Shown here piece by piece: positions 1 through 17,300 of a stretch of 64,000 nucleotides of DNA. Both the position numbers and the translations under genes were made by a program. Source of the stretch: the human T2T-CHM13v2.0 reference genome, Homo sapiens; assembly GCF_009914755.1 (NCBI RefSeq), contig NC_060933.1; one strand, 5' to 3'. Numbering within the stretch: position 1 is the first letter of the stretch; each line of letters opens with the position of its first letter. A model generated the notes under the pieces. The model did not search any database and was not told the origin of the DNA. It saw only the letters and a program-made list of their open reading frames with translations.

Positions 1-173
1 TAAAAAGTTCAGCTTTACATCTAGAATCTTCCCACCTTTGTTCAACCAGATAAAAAACCTTACTCTCTCTTTGACATGTGGAGGCAGCCCTCACAGGTGT
101 TACCTGCAGACCCAGGTTAGCTTAGAACTATTGCTGTATTTGAACGTAATGGTCTCTGGTTTTATTCTTTAAG

Positions 174-240
174 GGATTTAGTGCTGGCAGCATCTGCGGC
201 TTCAACAGAAGTTAGTATCCTTGCTCGACAAAGTGATCAG
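174..240 (+). CDS. NUP214: NUP214 exon 9 (67 nt), beta-propeller: (W)[22 protein letters not shown]
   Basis: tttaag|G acceptor, CAG|gtaaat donor; phase 2 to 0. Confidence 0.96.
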
Positions 241-285
241 GTAAATCTCTTTTTTGTCACTTCTGTGGTGCTTTCTTTTTTAAAT

Positions 286-503
286 TATTATTTTGAGACA
301 GTCTCGCTCTGTTGTCCAGGCTGGAGTGCAGTGGTGCAATTTCAGCTTACTGCAACCTCTGCCTTCCAAGTTCAAGCAATTTTGTGCCTCAGCCTCCCAA
401 GTAGCTGGGACTGTAGGCGCGGGCCACCACACCTGGCTGATTTTTATATTTTTAGTAGTGACTGGGTTTCGCCATGTTGGCCAGGCTGGTCACAAACTCC
501 TGA
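286..503 (-). mobile_element. Alu, 5'-truncated
   Basis: Alu antisense consensus (gagacagtctcgctctgttgtccaggctggagtgcagtgg...). Confidence 0.9.
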
Positions 504-1786
504 TGGTACTTTTCTGAAAAAGATTTTGGAGGGAATTAACTATATGTGGTTAAGGTATACATGATCTCACATCTGTTTTATCAAGTTTCTGCGTGACAGC
601 AAAGCTTCAGTGACAGAGTGCCTTGGCCAAATGGCTTGGCTATTGCATGGAGAAACACGGGTGTCAGACTTAGCACTTCCTTCGCTTCTGTTCTTTTAGG
701 ATCCAACCCCTGTCTGTGGAAACATACCATGCAGTTAACCTCCAACTGGAGTATGCCTGATGTGTAGGCGGCTTTTTCTGCCTTGTCCTGTTTTGTCATC
801 TTTGTTTTATTCCTGTTGCTTGAAACAACTTCTATACAATTTAATGATAATCCATCCTCAGTTATGAAAGAAAAACATGCAGATGACACTAAATTGTGAT
901 TCACCAGAAGTACTTTCTGTTTGACTTTGAAAAACTGTCAGAAGGAGCAAAGCACCTTTGCATACAAGAACCTTCTTTCACGTTGTCTTTCTTGCAGGGA
1001 CACAGTGGGCCCAGGTAGTGGTGGTGCGCTATCCACTTGTAGATTTTGCAGAATGACTGTAGAGAGGGCACAACGAAAGAAGGGAAACTTCTTTTTAAAA
1101 CTGGCTTGAACTTAAAAATCTTTAGTGCACCCTTATAAATAAGAAGCAAGTGCTTCTCCTCCCCACATGGATACTTTGTGCTCCACCCATACATAGGTAC
1201 TTTGTGCCTCTTCAACCATTGGCATTTATCTGTCACTCTCTGGGTGGCCAGGTGGCCCATTAGGAGGGCCATGGCTCTCATTGTCTAGGGGTGGCTGCTT
1301 TTGGATGAGGCTAGAGTTCAGCCATCTGATTTGCTGCTCTAGAACTATCTTAGATTGACCTCAGTAATAATTTCTTATTAGTACAAGTATTTCATATGTT
1401 CACACATTAAAAATGCAATTTTATTTTTACTTTCTATCAGAATAATTTATGTTCATGTTTTTGAAAAGTAAATAGTAGAGAAGGGCTTATAAGTGAAAAG
1501 AATCACCCCTGCCCTACCTGTTTGCTTTCTAGAGGGGACTGTTTTTAATTTGTAAACATTTTCTTATAATGCTGCCACCTTATCCCTAAAGAAAAATCTG
1601 CTTTATAACTAGTAATTGGTTATTAGTTTTAGACCTTACTGACTGTACGGCAAATGATGATCTAGCTCACACATGGCCCCCAGTCCCCTCCTTCCTCTCA
1701 AGAGTTACAGCGTTGTTTTAATTTCTTATCTTGGTGAACCTTTGTAATTTTAATTGGTGTTTTTTACCCTCATTTCTGGTGGTATC

Positions 1787-2084
1787 TTTTTTTTTTTTTT
1801 TTTTTTTTTGAGGCCAAGTCTCACTTTGTCACCCAGTGCATTGGCGCCATCTTGGCTCACTGCAACCTCCGCCTCCCTGGTTCAAGCGATTCTCATGCCT
1901 CAGCCTCCTAGTAGCTGGGACTGTAGGCATGCGCCAACACGCCTGGCTAATTTTTGTATTTTTTAGTAGAGACAGGTTTTTGCCTTGTTGGCCAGGCTGG
2001 TCTCAAACTCCTGACCTCAGGTGATCCGCCCGCCTCAGCCTCCCAAAGTGCTGGGATTACAGGCATGAGCCACAGCTCCCGGTC
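1787..2084 (-). mobile_element. AluS-type element
   Basis: poly-T plus full Alu consensus. Confidence 0.92.
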
Positions 2085-2336
2085 TGGTGATAACTCTTGA
2101 TCTTCCACTTTGTGAGAGGAGTGTCTTAGCACTCCCACCCTTTCCCTTGGTAGCCTTCCAGTTGTTATCTGCGTCTTCTCTTTTGTAAAATTGCATTCTG
2201 TCCTACAATGATAAGTCATCTTTATCTTGTCTGTAGACTGTTTTTAAAAGTTGAGATTGTTTTTGTTTAATATGAACGTGTCTGTTACCTGCTCCATAGC
2301 TAAGTCACATAGTGTGATTTCATTCCCTCTCCTGAA

Positions 2337-2488
2337 CTGCCTGCCTGCTTGCTTTCTTGCTTGCTTTCTCTCTCTCTCTCTTTTTTCTTCTTCCTTCCTT
2401 CCTTCTCTTTCCTTCTCCTTCCTTTTCCTTCCTTTCCCTCCACTCCCCTCTCCTCCCCTCCGCTCTCCTCCCCTCCCCTCCCCTCCCC
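2337..2488. repeat. Polypyrimidine low-complexity tract (CCTG/CTTT/CT/CCTT/CCCCT)
   Basis: About 150 nt almost entirely C/T, at the tail of the adjacent Alu. Confidence 0.95.
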
Positions 2489-2490
2489 AT

Positions 2491-2817
<327 letters not shown>

Positions 2818-3514
2818 TGAAAGTTAGGCAAAATGTTAGTGATTTTAAAAACCAAGAGTCATTTGTTGGAAGGAACAGAGCCTATCCAAGCACACTTAAG
2901 CAAAAAGGGAGTTTACTAGAAAGACTTAGTAGTTTCTCAAGGAATCTGGGGACAGGAAAGCTGACCAGCCTGAGGAACTGGTACCAAGAACTGGGAAGAA
3001 GAACTAAGGTTATCTCTGTCTCTATAGACGAGTGAGCGCAGGGCATCTGAGCACAGACCAGCCTTACATGCTTCTCTGTGAAAGACTGCAGTAGAGATCA
3101 GCTGGAGTTCCTGGCCCCAATCCAAAATGTCTAGGAGCAGGTATTGACTGGCTTAGTGCTGCTGTTGGATTTGTCCCTCATGGTCAGCAATCTCCCTAGT
3201 TGTCATGGAAGGTACCTCAGAAAATGTTCATGATAGTGGTTATTTATTTACAAGGCAGAGGCTTGATACACCAGGAACAGATAGAGAGGGGGTTGATTTG
3301 GAAAATTAACTTCCCATTTGCTGGGGTACTTCTGGCTTTTAGGCCATCTTCTCAGATTTCAGAGCCTCCTAGTCAACACCTGAGTCTAAACCAAGTGAGT
3401 CATCTCTGTTCTCCTATTTGAACAATGTTAGGAGGAACCAATGCAAAGCTCTAACCAACATGGCTTTTTCTTTTTTCTTCTTCTTCTTCTTTTTTTTTTT
3501 TTTTTTTTTTTTAG

Positions 3515-3641
3515 ATTAATTGGGAATCTTGGCTACTGGAGGATTCTAGTCGAGCTGAATTGCCTGTGACAGACAAGAGTGATGACTCCTTGCCCATGGG
3601 AGTTGTCGTAGACTATACAAACCAAGTGGAAATCACCATCA
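3515..3641 (+). CDS. NUP214: NUP214 exon 10 (127 nt): [42 protein letters not shown]
   Basis: T23-ag acceptor, A|gtaagt donor. Confidence 0.97.
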
Positions 3642-4742
3642 GTAAGTGTAGCCTGGTAGTTAGTGCAGAAATAGTCTTCTTTCTAGTTAGGGTTAATGTT
3701 GAAACACCAGTTACATGTTACTGACAGAGTCTACTCTGCTGGGCACTTGTAGCTTCTGGCAGCACATTTCTCCCTGAAGAGTGATAATAGGCTGCGTTGT
3801 GACAACACTAAACTGATTTGAATGGATGTTCGTTGATGAGACCAAGGCCAAACACTGTATGTATGTGTGGGTGCATGTTTGCACACTTGCACATGTCTGG
3901 GTGTACTTTAGAATCTGGTTGAAATATAGAACATCAGGATTTTATGGCTTGGTTTCTTTGTCCAATCCAATTCCCTGGTGACCTCCCAAAGAAGCAATAC
4001 CCGAATCTGGTACTGCACACAAGTACTTGGTTTGAAGGCAAGGATTAGAAAATAGAGACCTCAGGCCCATGGTTTCCAAATAGGGCCTAGATATGTGTTT
4101 TGAATAGATCTTCCCTGCAGTAGCTTGGCTATACTGTAGTCATTGAAATGTAAAAGTGCCACAAAAGAAACAGTCTTTGCCATCTGGTACTTAAGTTTAG
4201 AGAGGTGTCCCCGTCAGGCACCATTAAGTTGCTTGCTCCTTCCCTGGTTAGGCAGGAGTATTTGTTCTGATAAGCTCATTTGCTCTGATTCTCTTGAAGC
4301 CTTAACTGATAAAATACATACTTGTCATTCAGCTGTGAATGAGGATAAAGTGGTTTGACTCATCTTTCTGTGTCCTACTGTCCATTCCAAAGAGTCTAGT
4401 CTCATTTTCCTACTAACCTAAGTACTTCTTAGATATTCTTCTCTTGGTCAGGGGAATGCCAAGCCTACCTCCACTGAGGTACACAAGCCACTGAGACACT
4501 CATAAAAACTGAGGGACCTTTGGGAGAGTCAGAGCTACTGCGGGACTGATGGAGCTTCTAGGCAGGGCCCAGCAGGGTGGTGGCGATCTGATAGCGGCAG
4601 GAACTCTCTTTAAATAGCTGGTGCACGAAAGGCTGTTCAGATATAAAATCAGAACAAACTAACTTGAGCTGCTATTCAGATGAGTCCCTTAAACCCTCTT
4701 CATGTTGAGGGCAGTCTTTGCCTTCTGGGCTCAGGCCCTTAA

Positions 4743-4970
<228 letters not shown>

Positions 4971-5712
4971 TAAGGGAATACCATGGGCTTGCACAAGAGT
5001 ATTTCCAAGAATGAACATGGTGTGAAGACACATAGTGATTATCTTTACCAGCCTGGTCTGTCTTAGGAAGGCACACACTAATCTTTTTTTTAAACATGCA
5101 TGTACATATTTGCCTTCCCCTACCCTCAAGCTTTATTCTGCAGCCATTACTTTACTTCGGAGATGAAGGAAGGTCAACCAGATGATTTGCATCCAGTCGT
5201 TTACCAACAGTTTTCTAAGACCCTATATTATGTGATGTGCATCCAAAAGACATTGTGCTTAATCATGGGGGTTGGTTAAAGAAATGATTGTATAGTCTTA
5301 CAGTGAAATGCCATGTACCAATTATAAATGTTATATTTATTGACAGGGAAGGAGTGAGTGGAATACATCACCAAAAAAAAAAAAACCACTATTCTTTGTG
5401 ATCTTTTCTGTATGAGAAAAAACATATACATAGAAAAACAACTTGGAGATGGATTTAAAGTCTAAATGGTGGTTATTTCTGGGTGATGGGAACATGGAGA
5501 TTTTTGTTTATATTTTCTTGACTTTTTTTCTCCTTTTTGAAACATTTCTTAAGTAATAGATGTTTATTGAAGGAAAATGAGAGCATGCAAAACAATGGCC
5601 ACAGTCAACATTTTGGTACCTATCCTCCATGAAAATGAATGCACACATATAAATACTAGTCTGTATTTAAACAATTTTTACAGTGACATTTGTATCACTT
5701 GTGAAAAGAAAC

Positions 5713-6012
5713 TTTTTTTTTTTTTTTTTTTTGTGGAGACAGGGTCTTACTCTGTTGCCTAGGTTGGAGTGCAGTGGCATGACCACAGCTCACTGTAGCC
5801 CTAATCTCCCAGGCTCAGGCAGTCACCTAAGCCTCCCAAGTAGCTGGAACTACAAGCATGCGCCACCATATGCAGCTATTTTTTAAATGTTTTGTAGAGA
5901 TAGGGTCTTACTGTGTTGCTCAGGCTGGTCTCAAACACCTGGGCTCATGTGATTCTTCTGCTTCAGCCTCCCAAAGTGCTGGGATTATACGCATGATACA
6001 CTGTGCATGACC
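5713..6012 (-). mobile_element. AluJ-type element
   Basis: poly-T plus diverged Alu consensus. Confidence 0.88.
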
Positions 6013-7252
6013 AGAAAATATAAAACTTTTAAAAAGAGCATTGTTTCATATGTTGGAATTTGACTAATATTTCTCTTTTTGAATTCTGTGAGTATATAAC
6101 TGATACAATTTTTTTCTTCTATTATGACCAGTTTCTTACCTAAGCAAAAATGTATGACCAGTTGGTTTGTATAAGGTTAGCAATAACTTAGGGGTATATT
6201 CTCTTCCTGCATCCCAGTGCACAGTGAGTTGTATATCACAAATAGAGCCACTCAGATACTTGGGCCCTAACAACTGGCAGCACTACCCCAAGTGATATAC
6301 CAGATGGCTTGCAGAGTGTTGTATCAGGGTAGTCCATTATTCATAGTGTGTGTACTCTTTGTGTTGTTTTTTTTTCCTCCTTATTCAGCCATGAATAAGG
6401 GTACCATGAACTACCTATACCCAGCTGCCTGGTGTGTCTGTAATAAGCAGAGCAGCCTGTGAGATTAGGAGCCTCTGGGATGGGACGAGGTTTGTTTCTG
6501 AGCCTTTGCTACTAGCCCATTCAATGCTGGAGCACAATCAGAGGCCAGTTTTACTGTTAGCCTTTCCTAGAGAAACTCCCCTCTTCCTTCACAGTTGGTC
6601 CAGAGGTTATAGTTGTGTTCAGATGTGTAGAAGAGAGCCCCTGCGGGGAGAAAGTCCGTCCCATCAGCTAAGTCTAGCTAAAGCCTACTTCATGGGTTCA
6701 GAAGACATTAATGGTTCCACCTGTTTCTACACTGCAGTTCTAAGGATGCTGTATTGATCAGAAGTAGTAGTAGCATGATGGTTTTCCAATAATCAGTTCT
6801 GTTTTCAGTGGAAAAAATGCTTTTGATTTATTTAGGGTCTGGTATATATTTTTCATGTCAGTTTACCTAATATGCATGAAAGTGTTTTAACATCTATGTA
6901 TGTCTTTACAGAAGTTAGTTGTAGCTGGTTCCATATCTATTGTATAAAGAAGTATTAACAGAATAGGTTTGCTTGCATTATTATACTTTCATCAATGTGA
7001 CAGTTTACTTGGATTTTTGTTTTCAGAAAGTGGTATTTTCATACTTGTATCTAAGTATTACGTTGCATTAGACAAAGTGTCTTCCATGAAGATAAACTGC
7101 CATCTTAGCTAATTTGGAACAACCAAGTCCTATTAATATAAATAGAAAATATTGACACAAAGAATTCCTTTCTTATTTAGTTGGTTATTTAATTTAAAGA
7201 TTAATATTTTTACCTTATGGAAAGTTTGGAAAATAGAAAAAAAAATTATTCA

Positions 7253-7567
<315 letters not shown>

Positions 7568-8407
7568 TAACCATTTGGATTGCATTAAATATCTTTTTCA
7601 TTTTTTGCATTATGTTTGTAAGCTTTATTCTTAGAAGAGAAATTACTGGGTCTGTTTTTTACAGTTTTTTATACAATGCCAAAATGTTTTCTTAAAAAAA
7701 ATACTAGTTACCTACCAGTGATAAAAAGTTTCAGGTTTGTTTTACCCATCCAAACATAAGGGGTTAGACATATTTAAATTCTTATAATTTAGAGGACAAA
7801 TTAAAAATGTACCTTGTTTATATTTCTTTGATTAGAGAGATTGAATGTGTTTTCTTTATGTGAGTTAGTTTCCCTGTTTATTAGTCCTGAAATTTTAAAA
7901 TCTCAATTTGTATGAGCTTTTTAAAAAATAGAAAACATCTTATTTGTCATTTGCTATGGATCTTTTTTTTTAGTTCATTACCATTTAGTTATTGTACCTG
8001 AGTAGCTATTTTTTACACAAATCTTAACCTTCTCCCTTTGCGATTGTTTTTTTTTTGGTCACTTCTAAATTTATCAAGGTGTTAGATTCTGAGACCTAAC
8101 ATATCTATCAATTTGCCTCCTTTGTTTTGAGATACCTGTATTTATGTGACTTTCTATGTGTATTTATCTGGAATTACTTTTAGTGAAATAAGGTGGAGGT
8201 CTGAATTAAAACTTTTTCCTGGTTGTTAATGAAATGTTGCAGTGACTGAACTGTTTTGTGTGCCATAGTAGCACTGAGAAGTCCATGAAGTCCAATTATT
8301 CTAATGTCTTTCCTTAGTTTTCCTTCAGTTTCATTTATCTCATGAGACCTGAAAACTCCAACATGAACTGTGTACCCATGTGTTCTTTTTGCTTCTTAAA
8401 CTAGTAA

Positions 8408-8989
<582 letters not shown>

Positions 8990-10312
8990 TAAGTCACTTC
9001 TAAAGTTTGATTCTTCTGTGAGTTGGGTAGAAATATTGGATGTTATTTACTAAAAGTAGAGTCACTCTGAGAGGAGTTAACTGAGTAGAATTTTTTTACC
9101 CAGAGTGATACTTGCAAATGGCAAAAATTCAACCAACATAAAATACTGGCATTTCATCAGTGGGTAGAGTCCAGAAGGGTCTCTTAGCTAGCATTTTATT
9201 TTTTTGACTATGGGATTTATATTCAGGTATTTGTTTTGCTTTTTTACGTTACAAATGTAGGAAATATTCCTTATTTTAAAAAAAGAAGCAATCCAGAGTA
9301 TGCATCCTGGAAGGGAAATGAATCCCTTGTAGTCTTTTTTCCTCCCTGTGTCTACCCTTAACTCTCTCTGAACTGCTGTCTACACAGCCACAAAGTCATC
9401 TTGTGACACTGTAAATTGTTAGGTGATTCTTCTGCTTGACAGTCCCTATGAAGCCCCGTGGCTGCTCACTGCTAATTCTTAGGTTGGTATCCAGTTTCCT
9501 CCAGATCTGGGTCGGGCAGCTCACTCATTTCTTATTTATTTACTTCTTTATCTTGTTCTTTTCTTCCCACTAGAATGTAAGCTTTTGGAGGGAAGCAATC
9601 CCTTATATCTTGTAACCCCTCCCAAGATAACCATGAGTTCCCAAGATAACCATCGAGTATAAGTACTACCAGCTTTTTCCCTACTTGCCTGTACTATCTG
9701 TTGTTGCTATGGTGGTGCTGCTGCCACCACAGTTACTGTTAATACTGAATTGGCACACATCCACTTCATGCTAAGGGTTGCATAGTGTTCCATTTTGTTG
9801 ACTGCACCACAGTTTATCTGACCAGTCATCTAATGCTGGAGTTTAGATTGTCTACAGACTTTTGCTCTTTAGGTGGAACCGACTTTACATTTCCTTTAGG
9901 CCATAAGTATCCCAAAGACAGTTCCCTGCATTCCTCTTCCTTTTTCACTCCCCAGAGAAGGTGCTCACTCTCAAAACGAGTTCTCAGTAATTTCCTTGGT
10001 AAGAGAAAGTACTAACTCTCCTAAGCATAATTGTGTCCCACCTCCTGTTTAAAACTCAGCTGGAAACAATAGTATTTCATATCATGATAAACTTGGTATT
10101 TCATATTGTGATAAACTTAGTTTTGATATTTCCCCTGAATAATTAATTCCTAAATAAGCAGACGAAAAGATAAATGTTTCCTTGCAGCTTTCACCTTTTA
10201 TAAGAAATAGCTAAACATTTTTGTTTCCTGAAGGCAAAAAGTATGTTATCTTTGTAAGTTAACATAAAAGATAATAAGTTATCTTTTGATGACATTGCTC
10301 ATGCTAGTGTAA

Positions 10313-10561
<249 letters not shown>

Positions 10562-10856
10562 TAGACCTCAGCCCTGCCTTCTCAGATTAACGGTTTTAAG
10601 TGTTAAGAGTCGTAGCTAACATAGTTGGACAAGGTTATTTTTTCTTGCTTCCTGTATCATACATTAATGATTAATGTGCTGTGATTTTCATACTCTGAAT
10701 TGGGAGATTTGCTCTTGCTTAAATGCTGCCACTCTTCTCTCTGACACTTCTTATGGAGCTAAGTGTATTTAATGAGTCAAAAATGCCTTGCTCTTGGGCA
10801 TTTATTTTCATATGGAGCCTGCCCTCCATGAAGAGCAGTTACATAACAGTTCTTTA

Positions 10857-11176
<320 letters not shown>

Positions 11177-11246
11177 GTACAGAGGAGAGAGTACCTGCAG
11201 TGATTATATTCATATTTTCACAGTCAGTCATACTGTAAACAGGAAG

Positions 11247-11531
<285 letters not shown>

Positions 11532-11707
11532 TAATATATTTTTTTCATTATCTTAGAACAGAGGCTAGCACAACTGGTGGTCATCACTCTTTAAAATAAA
11601 TCATGAAAGTGGGCCAGGGGCAATGTGTAACTTAATTTCTTAGATTTGGAGAAAGGACATTTGTGATAGGAGAAATAAAGGTAATAAATGCCATCTATTT
11701 TAACTGA

Positions 11708-11854
<147 letters not shown>

Positions 11855-11999
11855 TAATTTACTGCCCCAAGCATACCTATGAATAAAATGAGTTTTCATG
11901 TTTTATAATTCAGACCTTGGACATAGTAATTGGGACTATGTGATAGTAAATACCAAAGTGCGAGGTTTGAATACTTGTATACTCGTAAAAGCCATTTAG

Positions 12000-13300
12000 C
12001 TATTTTAATTTTTTATTCATGTATAATACAAATAGAAAAAAGTACACATGATACATGTACAGCTCAGTGAATTGTCAACAACTGAACATACCTTGGTAAC
12101 TAGCATCCAGATCAAGAAACAGAATTTTACGAGAACCTGGCTGGGCACAGTGGGTCATGCCTGTAATCCCAGCACTTTGGGAGGCCAAGGCGGGCGGATC
12201 ACCTGAGGCCAGTAGTTCGAGACTAGCCTGGTCGACATGGTGAAACCCCGTCTCTACTAAAAACGCAAAAATTAGCCGGGCGTGGTGGCACGTACTTGTA
12301 GTCCCAGCTCCTGAGGAGGCTGAGGCATGAGAATCACTTGAACCCGGGAGGCGGAGGCCAGAACCCCAGAGTTCTTTTTCACCTGTCCCCTTCTAGTCAC
12401 TACTCTTGCCAAAGAGTAGCTGATTTGATTTCCAACAGCATAGATGAGGTTAGCCTGCCTGTACCTCCTATCAAGTGGATTTGTACAGTATGTATTCTTG
12501 TATCTGGCTGCTTTGTTCAACATTATGTTTGTGAGATTTATCCATGTCGTTGTATGGAATTTATTGTGTGATTATATTACAACTATTTGTTCCACTCTGA
12601 TGGGCGCTTGAGTAGTTTCCAGGTTTAAGCCATTGTATGTAGCACTGCTATGACCGTTCCAGTTGACATCTTCAATGAACACATATGCAAGTTTCTCTTG
12701 GGTGTATCCCTATGAGTGAGATTGCTGGGTCATAGAATCTGCATGTATTCCTCATTAGTAGATTCCCACCAAGAGTGTATGAGACTTCTGGCTGCTCCAC
12801 ATACTTGCCACTCTTGGTATTTTTCATCTTTTGTTGTATGGTTTTGTGGTTTTAATTTGTATTTCTCTAATGATTAGCAAAATTAAGCTTTTTAAAAGAT
12901 GATTATTGGCCATTTGAATATTTTCTTTTATGTTGTGTCTGTTCATGTCTTTATTCTGTTTTTCTGTTGGATTGTCTGGCTTTTTCCTTCTGATTTTTAA
13001 GAGTGAGTTCCTTGAATACACACACACACGCACACACATACAGTGCAAATATGTTCTCACTGTGAATTGTCTATTCATTGTCTTTTTTGTTTCTTTGATG
13101 AATACACATTCTTCATTTTAATATAATTAAGTATATCAGTTTTTTCTTTTATGATTAATGCTTTTCATGTTTTAGAAATAATTTTCTATTTCAAGGTCAA
13201 AAAGATGTTTTTCTAAAAGCTTTATTATTTTATCTTTCATATTTAGATTTGTAGTCCATCATCTCAGTTTATTTTTATGGTATAATGTAAAGAGAATTGT
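12000..13300 (-). mobile_element. Old L1M(E)-type 3' fragment, interrupted by a sense Alu lacking its 3' end (12139-12357)
   Basis: L1M 3'UTR-like motifs (catccagatcaagaaacagaa; gagattgctgggtcatag; ttaatttgtatttctctaatgatta). Confidence 0.65.
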
Positions 13301-13549
13301 ATGTCAGTTTCCCACGTGATTACTTGAGTGCCCTGAGAATAAGCGTTATGTCTTTTCCTTTCTGTGTCCCCCTAACCAACCCTTGTACCCTAACACACAC
13401 CTGTACTAGGTACATAGTAAGTGCCCAGGTCACAGTTCACGGTGTGGCATGATGCATGACATACAGTGTTTGTCAAATAAATGTTTGCTGTTAATGAATG
13501 CTGATGCAGTCTAAGACCTCTCTAGTGTTAATCGTTGTAAGTATCAAAT

Positions 13550-14719
<1,170 letters not shown>

Positions 14720-14822
14720 TGACTAGTTAGTTCATTCTAGCGCTGAAGCATGGCCCATCCCAGCAGTCTGAGCAGTTAGTAAGCACGATAGCAGTGACAT
14801 TACTGTTTGTCCTTCAGACTGA

Positions 14823-15023
<201 letters not shown>

Positions 15024-15419
15024 TGAGTTGAATTGCATTTAACAATTTTTTTCTCCTAGTACTCCATGGGGTTATGTACTTTATTTCTTCAAGGACCACC
15101 AGTGTTGTTGTTTTTTTAACGTGGCTGAGTAGCTTGCCTAGAATCCCTGAGTTCAAATCCTACCTTCAGCACTTAATAAATTATGTGACTTTGGGCAAGT
15201 TAACCTCGTTACTCTATTTTTCAGTTTTCTCATCATAAGATGGACTAAGTTTCTATCCCTTTGATGCATACTGTGCACTCCATAAAATTTATTATAATTG
15301 TTAATTTAATTTAGGTTTATTTGAAATTTTACTATCTCAAATAGTGTTCGATTTTTAAAAAAGGATATTTTAGGACATATGCAGTATGAAAATATTAAAT
15401 GCTGGGTGTTAATAGTGTT

Positions 15420-15650
15420 AATTATTGTAACCATTATTACTACTTACTGTGTGCCAGGCACTGTGCCAAACGCATCACTTGTATTATCTCACTGAATCCT
15501 CACAACTTTGCTGTGTCATACATACTGTTACCCTATTTTGCAAGTCAGGAAACTGAGGCTTAGGCAAATTTGTCAAAAGTCACCCACTTAGCAAGTGGTA
15601 GTGCCAGAATTCTGCTTCAGACTCTCTGATTCCAGAGTTCGGGTCTTAAA
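15420..15650. mobile_element. MIR
   Basis: tactgtgtgccaggcactgtg...ggaaactgaggct core. Confidence 0.7.
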
Positions 15651-15969
15651 TAGTGTGTTTGGAAAGAGGCAAGTTCTTTAGAGTGTTAGCAGTAATTATC
15701 TTCACATAGTAGTGTTAGAGCTACTGTCTTTGTATTTTCTGCATTTTCAATCATTAGAATGTATTTTTTCAATGGGGATGAAAAATAAATATAAAAAAAG
15801 AACATTAGTGTCGTTCTAAACAGTTAAATTCTTTTTTTACCTGAGTTAAATATGTTCAGATGTTCATTCTGTTCAGTGAGCGTTTGAGAAACACCACCTT
15901 CCTTGATCCAAACAGAAAGATTTGGACGTAACAACTTTTTGTACCAACACATTATTGTACTTTTTCTAG

Positions 15970-16152
<183 letters not shown>

Positions 16153-16353
16153 TAAAAGATTTAAAAACAAGCTCATGTAACAATTGCTACCTCTTTTTGC
16201 ATATAGATTTGGATGATGGCTCTTTTTGAAGTTGTTGATTTTCTGCTTATAATTTACCACATTTCCCGTAAACTTCCTTAACTGTGGCAAACAGTACACT
16301 TCATGTAATTATGTAATTTTTTTCACTTAAAACATAGATTTTTTTTAAAATAC

Positions 16354-16644
16354 TTTTTTTCTTGAGACAGGGTCTTCTCACTCTGTTGCCCAGGCTAGTG
16401 TGCAATGGTGTGATCCCAGCTCACTGCAGCCTTTCTTCCTGGGCTTACGTGATCCTCCTGCCTCAGCCTCCTGAGTAGCCAGGACCACAGGCATGTGCCA
16501 CCACACTTGGCTAATTTTTAATATTTTATTTGGAGAGATAAGGTGTTACTATGCTGCCCAGCCCAGCTGGTCTTGAACTCCTGGGGTCAAGCAGTCCTCC
16601 TGCCTTGGCCTCCCAAAGTGCTGGAATTACACGCGTGACTGGCC
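16354..16644 (-). mobile_element. AluJ-type element
   Basis: Alu consensus. Confidence 0.87.
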
Positions 16645-17019
16645 AAAATTTTTTATTAAACCTTAAGCTTAATAGAGAATACTCTGTTGAAACATGTAAG
16701 TTGAATTATAAATAAATAATAATTATAAATAAATAATAAAAATAAATAATAATTATTAAAGTGGCAACTATTTCTTGAGTGCCATTTAATCTGCTAGGTG
16801 TTTCTTATGCATTATTTCTAGCCTTCAAAGCCAGCTGCTCTGCAAGGTAAGAGTTACTGGTCCCTGTAGCCCATTATACAGGTAACTGGAAATTAAATTT
16901 CATAGGCTAAGTAGCTTGTCCAAAGTCATGTTGGCTAGGAAACGGGGAACCAGAATTGAAACCTCCATTTGCCTGAGCTCTTTTCTGTATGCTACACTTA
17001 ACTTTTCTCTTGAAAAAAA

Positions 17020-17300
17020 ATTTTTTTTTTTTTGAGACTGAGTCTCGCACTGTCGCCTGGGCTGAAGTGGCACCATCACAGCTCACTGCAGCCTCAACCT
17101 CTGGGCTCAAGTGATCCTCCCACCTCAGCCTCCCACATAGTTGGGAGTACAGGTGTGTGCCACCACACCCAGCTGATTTTTAAATTTTTTGTAGAGATGG
17201 GGTCTCACTACATTATCCAGGCTGGTCTCGAACTCCTGAGCTCAAGTCACCCTCCTGTCTTTGTAATCCCAAAATTCTGGGGTTACAGGTGTGAGCCACT
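17020..17300 (-). mobile_element. AluJ-type element
   Basis: Alu consensus. Confidence 0.87.

Noticed and set aside
16705-16757. AT-rich repeated unit (aattataaataaataat)
   Set aside because: Simple low-complexity slippage; not a CRISPR-like or otherwise structured array
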